64,000 nucleotides of DNA from Eledone cirrhosa (taxonomy: Eukaryota). Where the stretch lies: the NCBI GenBank assembly GCA_964016885.1, contig OZ024741.1:362142001-362206000 (forward strand), given 5' to 3'. The translations under genes and the position numbers were made by a program. Shown here in pieces: positions 22,683 to 37,491 of this stretch. The notes below the pieces were generated by a model that saw only the letters and a program-made list of their open reading frames with translations, was not told where the DNA came from and did not search any database. The stretch's first letter is position 1; each line of letters opens with the position of its first letter.

Positions 22683-24725
22683 ATCATCATCATCATTTTT
22701 ACATCCGTTTTTTCATGCTTACATGGGTTGGATGGGTTCATTTCAGTCCAGCATCTCTCCACTCACTGCATTCCTTTGTCATCTCCTCTGTGAGTCTCAG
22801 CAATTGGAGATCAGCTCGCACCACCTTTGCTCAGGTTTTCCTTGGTGTACCTCTACTGCAGCTTCTTTCCACTGGGATTTCCTGGAACTTCTTCACCCAG
22901 TGATCATCATCCATGTGTGTCACATGCCCATACCTACGCAGACTTCTCTCTTGCACACAACTTCAGATGCCTCTTAAACCCAGTTTCTCCCTCAGTTCAT
23001 CCAAGCTCTACATTTCTCTCCCATTTATATTGCACATCCAACAGAACATGGTTGTTTAATTTCTCTCCAGCCTATGCATGTCCTCTGCAGTCACAGCCCA
23101 TGTTTCACTACCATGCAGCATCGCACTTCATGCACAGGCATCATACAGCTGTCCTTTTGTATGTAGGGAGAAATCTTTTGTTGTCAACAGTGGGAGTAGC
23201 TCTCTAAACTTCTTCCATCCTACCTTTATTATGCTCTTGGAGCACCCTCCTCTGCTGCTAATTAGGTCACCTAGATAGCAGAAGTTATCAACCATGTCTA
23301 TGGATCCTTCTTGTGACTGGAAAAGGTTTATATCATTGGGACTCTTCTTCTTGATTACTCCTGTGCATATTCTACATGCAAAGTTCTCCCTTCTATTTGT
23401 TATCCCACTACATCTTTTGTGTACCCAAGATTTACATTGTGTACATTGTATGGAGTTTATGCCTACTCCTATTCTACATATTGAGCAGGGACACTTCCCT
23501 GAAGGAATCGGGGCCCTATCTTCTTTCCTACTTACTAGCACTAGTGTTGGCTAAATTTACTCTCAGACATTTTGATTGCAAATTCTGTTTCCATAATTGG
23601 AACTTATTTTCTAGTTCTTTCATAGATTCAGCTATAAGGACCAGATCATCTGCATAGAGAAGTTCCCATGGACAGCCAGTCTTAAACTTCTCTGTTATGG
23701 TCTGGAAAACTATAAAGAACATAAGTGGGCTGAGAACCAGATCCTGATGTACTCCTATCTGTACCTTGAATTCCTCACTAAACTCACTTCCTACTTTCAC
23801 TTTACTGACAGCTCCTCTGCACTGCTCTCACAAGCCATTCTTTTACACCTGATTTCTTAAGGACCATCAGATAACAGAATGAGGTACTTTGTCAAAGGCC
23901 TTTTCTAGATCAACAAAAGCTAAATATAGCAGATTATTTTTGGCGAGGAACTTCTCTTCTAGTTGTCTCACTAAGAAGAGGGTATCTGTAGTATTTTTCC
24001 GAGGCACAAAACAAAACTGCATCTCATCTAATTTGACTCTTTTCCTAATTAGCTGTGCTAAAACTTTCATAATTTAGTCCATTAGTTTTATTCCTCTGTA
24101 GTTGTTCCTTTCTAGGACATCACCTTTACTCCTGTTGCAATTTATGATTGTACTTCTGCACCAGTCATTGGGTATCTCTGTCATGTATTACCTGATTGAT
24201 GTGTGGGTTACTAGTTCGACTCCTACTTCTCCAGATGCTTTCAGCAGCAATCTTTGATGGTCCTGCGACTTTACCATTATTCATATCCTTGATTGCTTCT
24301 TTGACCCTATAACTATCAATTTCAATAGCTGGTCCCTCTATTGGGTAAGTTGAGGATAGTCTCTCTTCTTCCCATTCATCGTAACATTTCCAGGTTTATT
24401 GAGCACCAGTGGTACTAAGTATACCAGTGTCAGTATGTATACACTTTTCCCCAACATCCTGATTTACACAGACACCCTGCCTTGCAATGTGGAACACTTC
24501 ATGTCTCGGATTCTCACATTTCAAGACATTGGCAAACTTTCTTTCTTCAGCTTCTTTCCAAGCTATGTATACCTGTTGACTAGCTTCTCTCATAGATACC
24601 TGGTACTGGCCTCTGCTACCCCCATTTTTCCAGTCTTTCCATGCCAGTCTCTTGGCTTTAATGGCTCTATCCACTATACTGTTCCACCACCAGGTTACTC
24701 CCTGTCTGGTTGGTGCTTTGCTCAA
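22683..24725 (-). mobile_element. 5'-truncated RTE-clade LINE (degraded RT) with a (GAT)n tail, in ARF intron 1
   Basis: FVDLEKAFD, GVHQ..VLSP, LLYADDL motifs; stops and frameshifts; catcatcat tail at 22685. Confidence 0.9.
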
Positions 24726-25419
24726 ACAAGGGTAGACCCATCCAACCCTTTCTAGCAGGGAAAGTGTACATTAAATCGATGATGATGATGCTCATACATA
24801 TCTGTATTTTGGCTTGGTTTCTACGGTTGGATGCTCTTCCTAACACTAACCACAGTATGGATTAGGTGCTTTTTATTGTGGCACCGAAACAATCACCTTA
24901 CAGGTTGAACTGGGGGGGGGGGGGGGGGGGGGTCACCAACGTGACCACCTTACTGGGTGCTTTTTGTCATGTCACCAGCACCTTACAGGATAGATTGGGT
25001 GCTTTTGTTGCTGTGGCATTGGATCAGCATACAGGGTGGACTTTGTGCTTTTTGTTATAGCAATAGCATTGTGGGAGATTGGATGTCAAGCATGTTCCGC
25101 TTCATGCTTCTTTGCTTAGGCTGGGCAGGTTAGGTGTATCTGGGGTGAGGGTTGGAGGGGTGGGGAAGGTAAGCAAGCTCGACATCAACTAGGTGCATGA
25201 TATGTTTAGAGGTGAGAGCGGGGTATTAAGACCGGGGAGAGTGAAGAGGGAAGGGTGGAGATAGGATTGGTGCAGACTAGTGTGTCCCCTACATATTTGT
25301 TTCATTTCATGTTGTGCACATGGGAAGGTGGGTCTTCTGCAGTACAGCATGATGCAAGAGATCTTGATCCTGTACCATCTCCTTTATCAGGTTTAATTGG
25401 GCAAGGTTAGCTTTTATCA

Positions 25420-26470
25420 CTTCATCCTAAATTTTCCTAGGTTTTCTTCTATAGTTACCATCGATTTTAAGGGCCCTGCACTTTTTATACAGCTGTCATC
25501 CTCCATACACATCACATGTCCAAAACACAGCAATCTCCTCTCCTGCATCTGAGTCCTCTTATCCCTAGTTTCTCTCTCAGTTCATTAAAGCTTTGTTGTT
25601 CATAACCATTACTATTACACATCCATTGGAGCATTAGCGTCATTTCTTTCCAATCTTTCTAGGTTCTCTGCACATATTTCCCAACTTTCATTTCCATGCA
25701 GCATTGCTGATTGTACACAAGCTTCATACAATCTGCCCTTCATTTTGAGGGAAAAACCTTTTGTAGCTAGCAATCGGTAGTAGCTCCCTGAACTTTTTCC
25801 ATCTCATTCTCACTCTGGTTACTATACTTTCAGAACACCCACATCCACTACTAATTTGGTCCCCTAGGTAACAGAATCTATCAACTACTTCTACAGAGCC
25901 ATCTGGGCATTTAACCCTTTAGCATTTAACCGGCCACATCCAGCCAGAATTCTTTCACTTCTTTATGTTCAAGCTGGCTGTAACTGGCTGTTCATACTGA
26001 TGTTAAAGTGTTGTTCTCAAAATAAATAATAGCAACATCTCACAGATTCGATATTTTATGAGATAATTATTTAAGATAAAGCGTTTACCACAAAAACACA
26101 ATAGCATATATAGAGTAAAGTAAATGCTAAAGGGTTAAAGGAGCTTGTTTCCTGTGAGATCTTGCTACTTACTGCTCCTCTGCATTAACCACATACAAAA
26201 CCTATATTTTTGCTAGCCTGCCTGAGATCCCACTACATATCTTGTGTACTCATAATTTGCATTTACAACATAAGATGGAACTTCTACCTATGCCTTTCCT
26301 ACACACTGAGCAAGGCCATTTTCCTAGAGAATCTGAGTGCTGTTTTCCTTTCTACTTATTAAGTTTGTGCAAAGTTGACTTTACTTTCATGTTTGGAATT
26401 TCTTCTCTAATTCTGTGACATAGGTTCAGCTACAAGGGTTAGATCATCTGCATACAGGAGTTCCCATAGG
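25420..26470 (-). mobile_element. Second, more degraded copy of a related RTE LINE, interrupted by a piggyBac-type MITE
   Basis: Similarity to 22820-23670 (agatcatctgcata.ag.agttcccat; ccctag.taacagaa). Confidence 0.7.
25911..26138. mobile_element. piggyBac-type MITE
   Basis: TTAA|CCCTTTAGCATTTA ... TAAATGCTAAAGGG|TTAA. Confidence 0.85.
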
Positions 26471-29048
26471 TTCTAGGTAATTTGACTCCTGGTAGTTTCA
26501 CTCCCAGTATTTTGACTCCGGTAATTTGACCCCCGGTAATTTGACTGCCAGTCAATTTCACTCCCGATATTAGAAAAAAATAAAACATTGAAATTCATCA
26601 TTATTATTATTATTTATTATCAGTTCAAAACATAAAAACCAATACAGTATTTGTAATATAAACAAATAAAAATACAGTAATTATACGAAAAGGGAAACGA
26701 ATATTGCTCTGTAAATAAACAACCTAATGGATGACATAAATTATACTTTCAGAACAACAGCAACTATAATAATAATTGTTGTTTCTACTGTAAGCACAAA
26801 TCCGTGTGTGTGTGTGTAAAACTAACAACAAAAATAACAAAATAAACGGCACAGTATATGGAAGAAATATATTAGTTTAATGCTTGAATCAGCAGGAAGA
26901 GGGTCTTAACGTTTCGGACACTAGATAGAGTTAAAAATAGAAGATAAATAGAAAGTGATGAGAGGAAGGAACGGGGAAAATGAGAAGAAAAAAAATTGGG
27001 AGAAAAAACACGTGTGCGTATTCAAATTGAATTAGAAGATTTCTCCCTAACTTTGATTAAATATAATAGTCTAATAATAATATGTCTTATTAGCCCACTG
27101 AACGGAAGATGTCTACGAGGCCCTGAGCTGTAGCCCATATGTACATTCGTTACTGCTGCTGTGTAATGACCACTGTCATTACATTTGTTGTGTTACATAA
27201 ATCGCGTTAGATTTTGTTTATATCAATACTTTGCAGTTATTGGGTGTTGGGTTGACAAAACTGTTGGGTTGACAAAACTGCTTCAGATAAAATGCTTTGT
27301 GACATTTAGTTACAGTCCTTTATGTTCTGAGTTCAAATATCGCCATGGTCAACTTTGCCTTTTAACCTTTCAGAGATGGGGCTAATAAAATAAAGTACAA
27401 GTCAAATACTGGAGTCAATTTAATCAACTTTCCTTTTCCCTTAAATATTGCTTTGTGCTAATGCAGCCTCAATCAACACCACAATCCCTATTGTGGTGTT
27501 GTGACCCCACCACACACACATATATATATATACATCCCTCCCTTACTCCTGACACTAACTACAATTTGTAGTTAGTACAATCAACAACAAAATAACCAGT
27601 GAATCTTTATAAAATCACTGACCTTATTCCCTAACCTCTTTACAAGAGTTACTTGCCGCTCCTCTTGTTTGACGTTTCATAAAGTTAATCCCATAAATAG
27701 TTGTATCTATTTCGTTGTCTGCGTCATTGTCATCATTACCAGCATCACCAACTAAGTATTTAAAACTCTCTAAATGTGGAAGGAACGAATCTTTAAATTA
27801 TCTTTATTAATATATAAGTGATACTACATCACTGAAAACTAGGATTTTTTCCCACATGCCAAATCCCTGGCAATGAAGAATCCTCCATTGGTTTTGACAA
27901 TGAGTATTTAGTTGTTTATGGCCCTGAATTAGCAGTTGTAAGAATGGTTTCTTATATAGGCACAAGGCCAGCAATTTTGGGGGAGGGGAATCGATTAAAT
28001 CGACACCAGTGCATGACTGGTACTTTATTTTATCGACCCTGTAAGGATGAAAGGCAAAGTTAACCTCAGCGGGATTTGAACTCAGATCATAAAGGGCCGT
28101 AACTCTATGCTGCAAAGCATGGCGTCCAACCATCTACCGATACTGCCAATCTACAAGAATGTTGGATAGAATGCTTTGCGGTATGTGTTTCAGTTCTCTG
28201 CTCTCTGTTAAAATCCCTCCAAGTTCAACTTTGCCTTTCATCTATTTGAGGTCAATAACAAAAGTACCAGTCTAGTACTGGGGTCGATTCTTCCTCTATA
28301 TCTCTTTCTCACTTCCATTCTCTCACCTTCTATCCTACTCTGGAAGAAATTGGCTGTATTCAGAGCTGGAGAGGAGATGGGCTCCACCAGGTTTAAAAAT
28401 GCCCTAGAAATGTCGATGTCTATATGGTACCCCTATGACTCCCCTAGGACTTATAACTCCATACACACATTTAGTTGTTTGATAAACTGAATAACCTACC
28501 TGTTAAATTAATGTAAGTAGCTGAGTATTCCTCAGACAAGTATCACGTGCCCATAACAAAATGAAGAGGGGCAAGAGAAAGGCGTGTGGAAGGAAGTTGA
28601 GGAGAAATAGAAAGAAATGTAGCTAAATATATGATGAATCCTCTGTTAGTTCGACATTGAGCATTCAGTTATACAGGCAACTGAAAGTCTGGAGTATTCC
28701 ACAGATAGGTGTACCTTGTACCCTTAATGCTATTCATAGACAGAATCAGTATGACACAATATGTGACAAGTATTGACCTCTCAATTACAAGTACTATCCA
28801 TCCAATGATGAGATTTCACACAGTTTCTATGTACCCAATTTCATTAACAGGTTTGGGTCAACTTGAGGCTAGGGTACAAAACAATTTCTTAGATGCCATG
28901 AATTGGGATTAAACTCCTTAACCACTCGGCCATGCCAGTCTCCACATTCTTGGTAATAAACCTATCTAGATGGATAATTCCCTTATAGACATTCCCTTAG
29001 TTAATCATTGTGTGATAAAAAGTTATTTTTCCTTTATTAGGCCAGGCT

Positions 29049-29261
29049 TTAACCCTTTAACATTTGCATTACTCTATATATACTATTGTATTTTCACGGT
29101 AAAGGCTTTACCTCATATATCGAATCTATGTGATTTTGATATTAATTATTTTGAGAACAATACCTTAACATCAGTATGAGGGGCCGGTTACGGCTGGTTT
29201 GAACAGAAAGAAGTGGGATAATTCTAGCTGGATATGGCCGGTTTAAATGCTAAAGGGTTAA
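29049..29261. mobile_element. piggyBac-type MITE (same family)
   Basis: TTAA|CCCTTTAACATTT ... AAATGCTAAAGGG|TTAA; body homologous to 25911-26138 in opposite orientation. Confidence 0.85.
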
Positions 29262-31124
29262 GGTACTCATGATAGGTGAGAGATGTAAACTTTCATAGCC
29301 AACCTTTTTTTATATTATCAAAGAGGAATTAACTCTTTTATTACTATATCTCTAATGAAAGACTGTCTGTGATTTTCAAATAGTTTTGAGGGAATTAGTA
29401 ATATAACTAACTTTATTAAATTATATAATAATGTTAGTCATATTAATAATATAACTAACATTATTAAGCTGGTGTTTGGAGTATAACTTAACAAATGCTT
29501 TTACATAAAATTATGCTAGAAGGTTTTTATATGAAAAGAAAGGAAGGATCTTCTTCAGACATGACTGGCCATGGATTTTGCACCCATGACTGGCTGACCA
29601 CGTATTTACCTCTTTCAGCCATAAACCTACGCAGGCTGTTTTGTGGAAGGTCAGCAGCTGCTCATGTATGCAAGACTCTCCATGATACTTATGTTGTTCA
29701 TGTACTAGTGTCATTGCAACTCATTTTTTTCCAGCTGAGTGTATTGGAGTTACACAAAATATTATGTCTTGCTCAAAGACACAATGCACAACCCAGTCAA
29801 AGGAATTTAACTCATCCTATGATTGAAAGCTTAGTAGCCAAACTACTAAGGTACAACAAACAGCTTTGTAACATAGAACCAGGAGTGGTTTCAGACAGTT
29901 TGGTGTCAATGGGGTTTATAAAGTTGTGAAAAGGTGTTTTATTACATTCTTTCTCAAAATAGTATTTTATATTTCTTTACTTCAAAGAATGAGTAATCTC
30001 GGGTTTGGTGATAATATAATCTATGGGAGGATGATGGGAGTGAAACAGATAAATAAAAATAACATGTTAGGCTTGTTTCACATCTACTATCAATATATAG
30101 GGCAGAGGAAATTGCAGAGATATGGGTCTTTGAGGCTTCCTAGCGAGGCTTAACAGATAACATACAAATCCACCCAATTTTATATTTCTCTTAGATAACA
30201 TGATGGTTCACTGGTGGGAGGGCTGAAGTCTTCCAAATTTAATTTAACATTTTGTTCCCTTTGTTAATCAATGTAACAACTATCTTGTAGTATCATATAT
30301 ACATACAGAATAAAAGTGATTCTGTATGTGTGTGTGTAGGGCTGGCACTACCATTAAGGTAAATTACTCAGCTGCCTAGGGTGCAAACCTTAGAGAGGCA
30401 TATTACTGAACCTTTTTATACAAAGTTGTATAATTATTATATATTTCTGGCAATATTATAACTGCATGACCCTCCCCAAATATAACAATCTTTAAATATA
30501 TAATAATTTCTTGCAATCAATAAGTAAACTGCTAAACATCTTTGCCACAGCAATATTGTGGAAATCTCTAAAATGGCGGAGAATGCTGTATGGTGTTATG
30601 ACATGTGACACAGTGGTATAATACTGGGAGGGGGGCTAGAGGTGCAGCTGCACTCCCCCAAAAATTATTGTTAGAAAATGTACTCATTTTTGTAGGAAAA
30701 TTATGAACATCTGCAACCCCCAAAAATGATAAGAACAATTCGCTTATACTGTGACATGATTTGGAATGGGTGAGTTTAGACTGTGTAGTGGAAAATGCAG
30801 GCTTAGTATTATTTTATTTAGTGTGGTTTAAGCAAGAAGTGTTAAAAACTAGGTTTGTCTGCTTGCCAAACTGTAAGTTGAAATTATTTTATTTGGGAGA
30901 ATGTAGCACACAACTGGAAGAATTGTAGAGTTAGCTTAGGGTGCCAATATACCCAGGTGCTGGCTATGTGTGTGTGTGTTTATTCAGGGTTGTATCTAGG
31001 ATATAGGAAAATTCCTCAGAGGTAACTTCAGCCTAAAATCTTAGTTAACTGTATGCTAACACACACACACATATATATATATGTATATACATACATATAT
31101 ATATATATATATAAATATATATAT

Positions 31125-32290
31125 ATGTAAAAGGTAAACAGAAATAACAACACAATCGGTACAGTATATGGAAGGTATATATTAGGTTAACGCTTGATAT
31201 AGCAGGAAGAGGGTCTTAACGTTTCGGACGCTAGTCCTTCATCAGAAGAAAGAATGAGAAATAAAATAGATTGAGGGGACGGGCGGGATAGAATTGGAAA
31301 AGAATGTCTTTAGATAAAAATAAGAGGTCCGTTCATGTTGACATCTCTTGCAAAACTGTTGGTGCTGGCATTTTGTGTATGATTTGTTTTTTAGAAAAGT
31401 GGATGATGGTGTGTGTCTACCTGAAAAGGAAAAAAACGTTTTGTAAAAAGAGCTATACTTGAGCAGTGCATAAGCATGAGTTTGTGCTTGTGTTATAGGT
31501 CCGTACGAGGCTAAGAAGAAATGTGTGTGTATATGTGAGTAAAAGAGTGTGTGTGCATGTAAGTACAAAGCTATGAGCAAAGAGAAAGTGATAGGATTCT
31601 AGGGGTGTGATAATGGCCAGGGTATTAGAGAAATTGAGGAGGTGAGTTGAGTTCAAGAGGGGAATAGGACCCAAGACGGTGAATCAGACTTTGTTCAGTC
31701 CTGGTACGCGAGGCCTGTGATCCATGATGTAAAAGGACACCCAGGACTGAAACATGTAAGGAAGAATGACCAGGAGAACAGAAATGACGGGCGACAGGAG
31801 TATCCAAACCTCAAATGTTCGGCAAAATGGTCTGCCATACGGCGTCCCGTTTGTCCAATATATAAAGACCCGCAAAGGGAACACTAAAGGGCATAGACAA
31901 TGTGGGTGGATGTGCTGGTGAAGGAATGGCGGATACGGAAAGACCCGTTAGAGCTTGTAAGAGTGGTGAGGGTGGAAATAAAGGGACAAGTGTTGGAACG
32001 GAAACAAGGATGAGAGCCGGGTGGAGTCGTGAGAGAGGACGAAAAAGAACTGTGAACCAAGAGGTCGCGGAGGTTTCGGGTGTGCTTAAAAGCAGTAATG
32101 GGTGGGTTTGGAAAAAAGCGAGAAGTGACGGGATCAGAAGAGAGGATACGGAAGGAACGGAGGATATGTTGCCAGAGTGATAGGGTGATGGGGTGGTAGG
32201 TGAGAGGGAATGGAACACGGGTGTTGGGGAGTGAGGTGAGAGGGCTGTGGTGCAGTCTGTTTCACGGGCGCGGGTGAGAACAGCTTGGAT
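31125..32290 (-). mobile_element. Penelope-like element 3' part: degraded GIY-YIG endonuclease plus 3' UTR
   Basis: LYIGQTGRRMADHFAEH and PVARHF...RTRTEQSLIHRLGSYSPLELN, typical of the PLE GIY-YIG domain; ends at (TA)n. Confidence 0.85.
31214..31249 (-). ncRNA. Minimal type I hammerhead ribozyme motif in the PLE 3' terminal repeat
   Basis: TCTT-CTGATGA-A-GGAC-tagc-GTCC-GAAA-CG-TT-AAGA; palindromic AACGTT stem III region. Confidence 0.75.
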
Positions 32291-33168
32291 CAAGTAATTG
32301 TTAGTCAATTGAAATTAAGTATGCTTGAGATTTTATTCAGAGAAACTTGACAGATAATTTATAAATGTCAACAATAGAACAGAAGGCAAATATCACAAGG
32401 GTGCATTCTGCATACTAAATATATACATATATGGTGAATTGAAAAACTCACTATACACAGGGCTGGCACCTAGGTATTTAACACTGTAAGCTTACCCTAC
32501 ATAATAGGCAAACCCTAAAATAATTTAAACTTACAGTTTGGTAAGCTGACCAACTAAATTCTTGGTACTTCTTGCTCTAAGAAAATTACTAAGCTTGCAT
32601 TTTCCACTACACAGTCCACACTCACCTATATCAAATAATATATGGCAGGTTATAACATTCTTAATTACTGGGTATTTCTACAATGTTGCTACATGCCAAA
32701 TCACCCCAAGCAAGCACCATAGGCCATTTCTAGGTAAAGGATTAGGGGAAGGGGGAATGGCATTAATGACATTAAAAGTCTTTACATACATGTATATTTA
32801 AGATAACATATAAGAGTTGCTAATAAAATAATTGATAAAATATTTAAATGAAATACAGAGATGGTATTAAAACAAAATCTGATAAAGGAACTGATAGCTA
32901 TTAAGAATTGAATACATGTAAATATAATGAGATGGTAATAAAAATACTAATAAAATATTTAAATAAAAGCTACCATTAATATTAGGAAAGGTACTTAATA
33001 ACCATTAGTTTGAAAATATCAAGCATGAAAACAATGAAGAGAGTTTATTGACCATTCAGAAGTAGGGGCGGGGTGCTTTGTACATTGTGAAGTGAAATTC
33101 TTAATCGCACAGCCATGCCTATACCTATAATATGAGAAATTTACCAAACCTTTCTCTTTCTTTTACAG

Positions 33169-33342
33169 GTAAAACAACATTGTTGTACAAACTGAAACTG
33201 AATGAATACGTCAACACAATTCCCACGATGGGTTTCAATGTGGAAACTGTTACATTTAAAGGACTGTCTTTCACTGTGTGGGATGTCGGTGGCCAGGACA
33301 AAATTAGATCACTATGGAAACATTACTATCAAGATGTCTCAT
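33169..33342 (+). CDS. ARF-family small GTPase, coding exon 2 (GKTT...PTMGFNVE...WDVGGQ...YYQDVS)
   Basis: Polypyrimidine tract and tacag acceptor; G1 end, switch I and G3 motifs; gtaagt donor in phase 1. Confidence 0.95.
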
Positions 33343-34859
33343 GTAAGTTAATCATTATTATATATACAAAGGCCAATTGATTGGCAGTATTGGTAGAGTG
33401 TCAGACACCATGCTTTGCAGCATAGAGTTATGGCCTTTTATGTTCTGAATACAAATCCCGCCAAAGTTAGCTTTGCCTTTCATCCTCACGAGGTCGATAA
33501 AATAAAGCACCAGTAATGCACTGGGGCCAATTTAATTAACTTTCCCCTTGCCCAAAATTACTGGCCTTGTGCCCTATAGTAGAAATCAATATACATATCT
33601 AAGGTGTCAAATTGACAGATTCATTAAGGTGTCGAATAAAATTCATGACAAAATTTAGTTATGGATCTTAACATTCTGAGTTCAAGATTTGAACTCAGAA
33701 TGTTAATAAAGTTCAACTTTGCCTTTCATCCTTCCTGGGTTGATAAAATAAAGTACCAGTCAAATACTGGTTTCAATGTAATCAACTTTCTCCTACCTCC
33801 AAAATAATTGGCTTTTACCTAAATTAGAATGTCTAAAGTCTGTCTTAAGCCAGAAGGCTTTCCCCCTAGACAGGACACCAGTCCATCGCAAGGTTCAACC
33901 CCCAGCTATTGCTGGTACTCATTTTCAGTTGAGTATACTGGAGCAATTTGAAATGAAGTGTTTTGCTCAAGAACACAACATGCAACCCAGCCCAGGAATC
34001 GAACCCATGACATTATGATCATACGTCCAACACAATACCCTTACCACTAGGCCACAAGCCTCCACAAAATTAGAAACCATTATTTATATACACTTCTTTT
34101 TTTTTAAGGCATATAACTTAGTGGCTAAGGTGTCCGGCTCACAATTGTAAAGTCACAAGTTTAATTCCTGGACTCAGCTGCATGTTGTATGTCCTTGACC
34201 AAGACACTTTATTTCACATTGATTCAGTCCACTTTGTTTGAAAAAAATGTGTTGTACCTGTAATTCAAAGGGTCAGCTCTGTCACACACTGTATCTTGTT
34301 GAATCTCATGTCTAACATACATCTTTAATTTGTTTAAGCCATTACAACTGAGATACATTAAAGTATGTGTGTTATAGTACCATTTTAAAAGTAATTTTTA
34401 TTTTAATCTTTTTCTGGACTCAATCAATGTAGTAAAGGCATGCTGCTGTATTATGTTCAGGGGGTATAATCAATTATTTAGATCCCAGTACATGAGTGGT
34501 AATTATTACAAAGGCAAAAATCAATTTGGGTGAAATTTGAACTTGAGGCATAAAGAAAGACTGGCATGATACATGTGTTCCAGTAAGGTTAAGAATTTTG
34601 CTTCACAACCTGTAGTTTTAAGTTTAAACCCTACTGTGTAACACTTTGGGAATAATATTATATTGTGCAATGGCCATACTCGATAACGAGGGGGCAGCCA
34701 TCATCATGTATGTATGTATGTGTATGTATGTATGGATGCATGCATGCATGTTCGTTCTCATGGTTTTATTATCCTTAAATTTTTCACCAATAGAGAGAGC
34801 CAGTTTCTAACATAGACACAAGACTCTCATTGGAATTTGGACAACATCAACATGTGTGT

Positions 34860-35950
34860 GTGTTTGCATGTGTGGATCTGCATGTTTTAAGTTATGTGTA
34901 CATGTGCATGTTACATGTGTATATACATGTACAAGCAGAATTTCTTAAATGTTTTACATATTTTTACTGGTTTATTAATAGACTGTACTTGCAACTTCTT
35001 AATAAGCTGTGCACTTTCTGGTTCTGTGAAGCCCAGCTTTTCAAGATTTGTACTGAGACACTTAGTAACATATCCAAGAGTCCCAATTATCACAGGTATA
35101 AATCTAAAGGTATAGTCAGGGTGGAGCCATTTAGCCCACCCTAAACACCTTTCTTTTTAGCTGCTTGCTCATCTGTGATGATGTTATTACTGTCACTGAT
35201 TTTGAAGAAATAGGTTCAGGCAGGCTGTATATATTTTATTCATCAGGTTCTGGCATGCAATGGGTCGGTAGTTTTTGCCAAGTGGGTGTCTTTCTTCTTG
35301 GGTACCAATATTGCTTGTGCCAATGTCAAATATTCTGGTATATGCACATCTCCCTTAAGAGCTTGCTGGTATAGGTTGATAAGATATCTCCGATAGAATG
35401 TCAGTATTTTGTACCAGTACTCAACAATCAAGTCTCTTCCTGAAGTTTTCCTATCACAGTCTCGAGAGTATCATCATAGATGCTGTATGTATTTATTGTA
35501 GTGTGGGAGCAGTAGTTTATTTGGATCTCTTTTAGCTACACTGCATCTTGGTTGAATTTCTTTTCTTCACCCACTATTTTTCTCCATAAGGGATCTATAT
35601 CTTTCTGGGATGTGCCTCAGTGACATTTATTATTTTGCCCTTCATATCTTTATAGACTGATGTTTGGTTTTGACTGAATCTTTTATTGATTATTTTTCTT
35701 TCAACCACTCTCTTCTGGTATTGAAGTTTCTCCTTGACATCTCTCAATTCTTGTTTGAGGGTGATCAACTTGTATTGAAGAGTTCTGGTTGTACTGTCTC
35801 CAAACATTGTTTCTATTTTACTTTTCGCTCTTTGTTGGTGAGGAGTGTAGATTTTATTTACATGTGAAGAACTTTGTTACATATCCTATACTTTTCTGTT
35901 GGTTAACAACATTTTTGTCATATATGATGGCATTTTTTGTGGTGTTTTAT
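34860..35950 (-). mobile_element. Internally deleted R4/Dong-like non-LTR element remnant in ARF intron 2
   Basis: IVEYWYK...ILVPKK pre-RT region joined to IIGTLG...LEKLG C-terminal REL-type segment. Confidence 0.6.
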
Positions 35951-36375
35951 TTCGGTTAATATCTCTGTTATCAGCAAGATAATTGTTTCTACTTTAGGCA
36001 CAAGGCCAGCAATTACCCAGCACATTACTGGTATTTTATTTTATCGACCCTGTAAGGATGAAAGGCAAAGTTAACCTCGGCGGGATTTGAACTCAGACTG
36101 TAAAGGGACGTAACTATGCTAGAAAGCATGGCGTCCAACCCTCTACCGATACTGCCAATTCCCCGAAATGTTTCCCTGTATGTATGTATGTATGTATGTG
36201 TGTGTGTGTGGTGGTGGGGGGGTGAATGCATGTATGTATTTGTGTGTTTGTGTGTGTGTTTATTGGTGTATGTATGTTAATGTAAATATATCGAGGTATT
36301 TAAGGACATAAAAAGGGAAGCACTGTATTTGATGGCATATAAGAACCCCCTCCCCATCCGCTTATGACAAAATGG

Positions 36376-36595
36376 TTAACCCTTTAACATTTATATTACT
36401 CTATATTTACTATTATATTTTCATGGTAAAGGCTTTACCTCATAATTATCTCACACAATATCGAATCTATGAGATTTTGATATTATTTATTTTGAGAACA
36501 ATACCTTAACATCAGTATGAACTGCCAGTTATAGCCAGTTTGAACAGAAAGTGAGAGAATTCTGGATATGGCTGGTTTAACTGCTAAAGGGTTAA
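36376..36595. mobile_element. piggyBac-type MITE (same family)
   Basis: TTAA|CCCTTTAACATTT ... TGCTAAAGGG|TTAA. Confidence 0.85.
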
Positions 36596-37491
36596 ACCAA
36601 TAAAAATGTTAACAACAAAAGAGTTAACAAATGTGAAATTTTCAAAAGATCCAATTCAAAATCCTATTTCAAATACATTATCATAATACAAATAAAGGTA
36701 ATACAAAACAAAATTTATACAATTTATCCCTTTCGTTACCATATTTCTAATTAAAGATACTGCCAATGATTTTCACATAATTTTGAAAATAATCAAGAAT
36801 TTGGAGGGATTTAGTAATATAACTTTCTTGTTATAAATCTGATATTTGAACTTAATAAAAGTATGGTTTTGGGATAAATATAAACATTTAAAAATAAACA
36901 GCTTAATGTCATAAAACCATGAGTATGAACCCAGAACCTCATGATTGTGAAGCAAACTTCTTAACCACTCAGCCATATCTATGTCCATTGATATGAACTA
37001 GTGGCTAAACACTAGACTGACAATATCTATAAACTACATTACCAGTTACTAAACAGGAAAATAGTTCATCATCATAGAACATCCGTTTTTCTCTGCTAAC
37101 AAGGGTTGAACAGGTTGTCAGGTATTGAAGTTACTGACCTCTCAGACAGGTCAGCAGAGTGTGCCAGTGGTTGCCTTTTATCATGGCACCAGCATTAGGG
37201 AGGTTGTCATGTCTTTGACACAACTGATGAGTCTTCTCAACCCTTTGTTTGGAAAGTTTTCTATGGCTGGATGCCCTTCCTATCACAAACATGTTTATAG
37301 TGTACTGGGTGCATTTTATCATGTCACCAACACAAGAGGGGTTGTTGTGTCTTTGACACAACTAAAGAGTCCTCTTAACTCCTATATACTGAAACCTAAG
37401 AATGAAAACTATAATATATTCAATAAAAAAACTCAACCAATTTTTAAAAATAACTATTACATCTAATTTGTTTATTTCTTTTGTCTTACAG

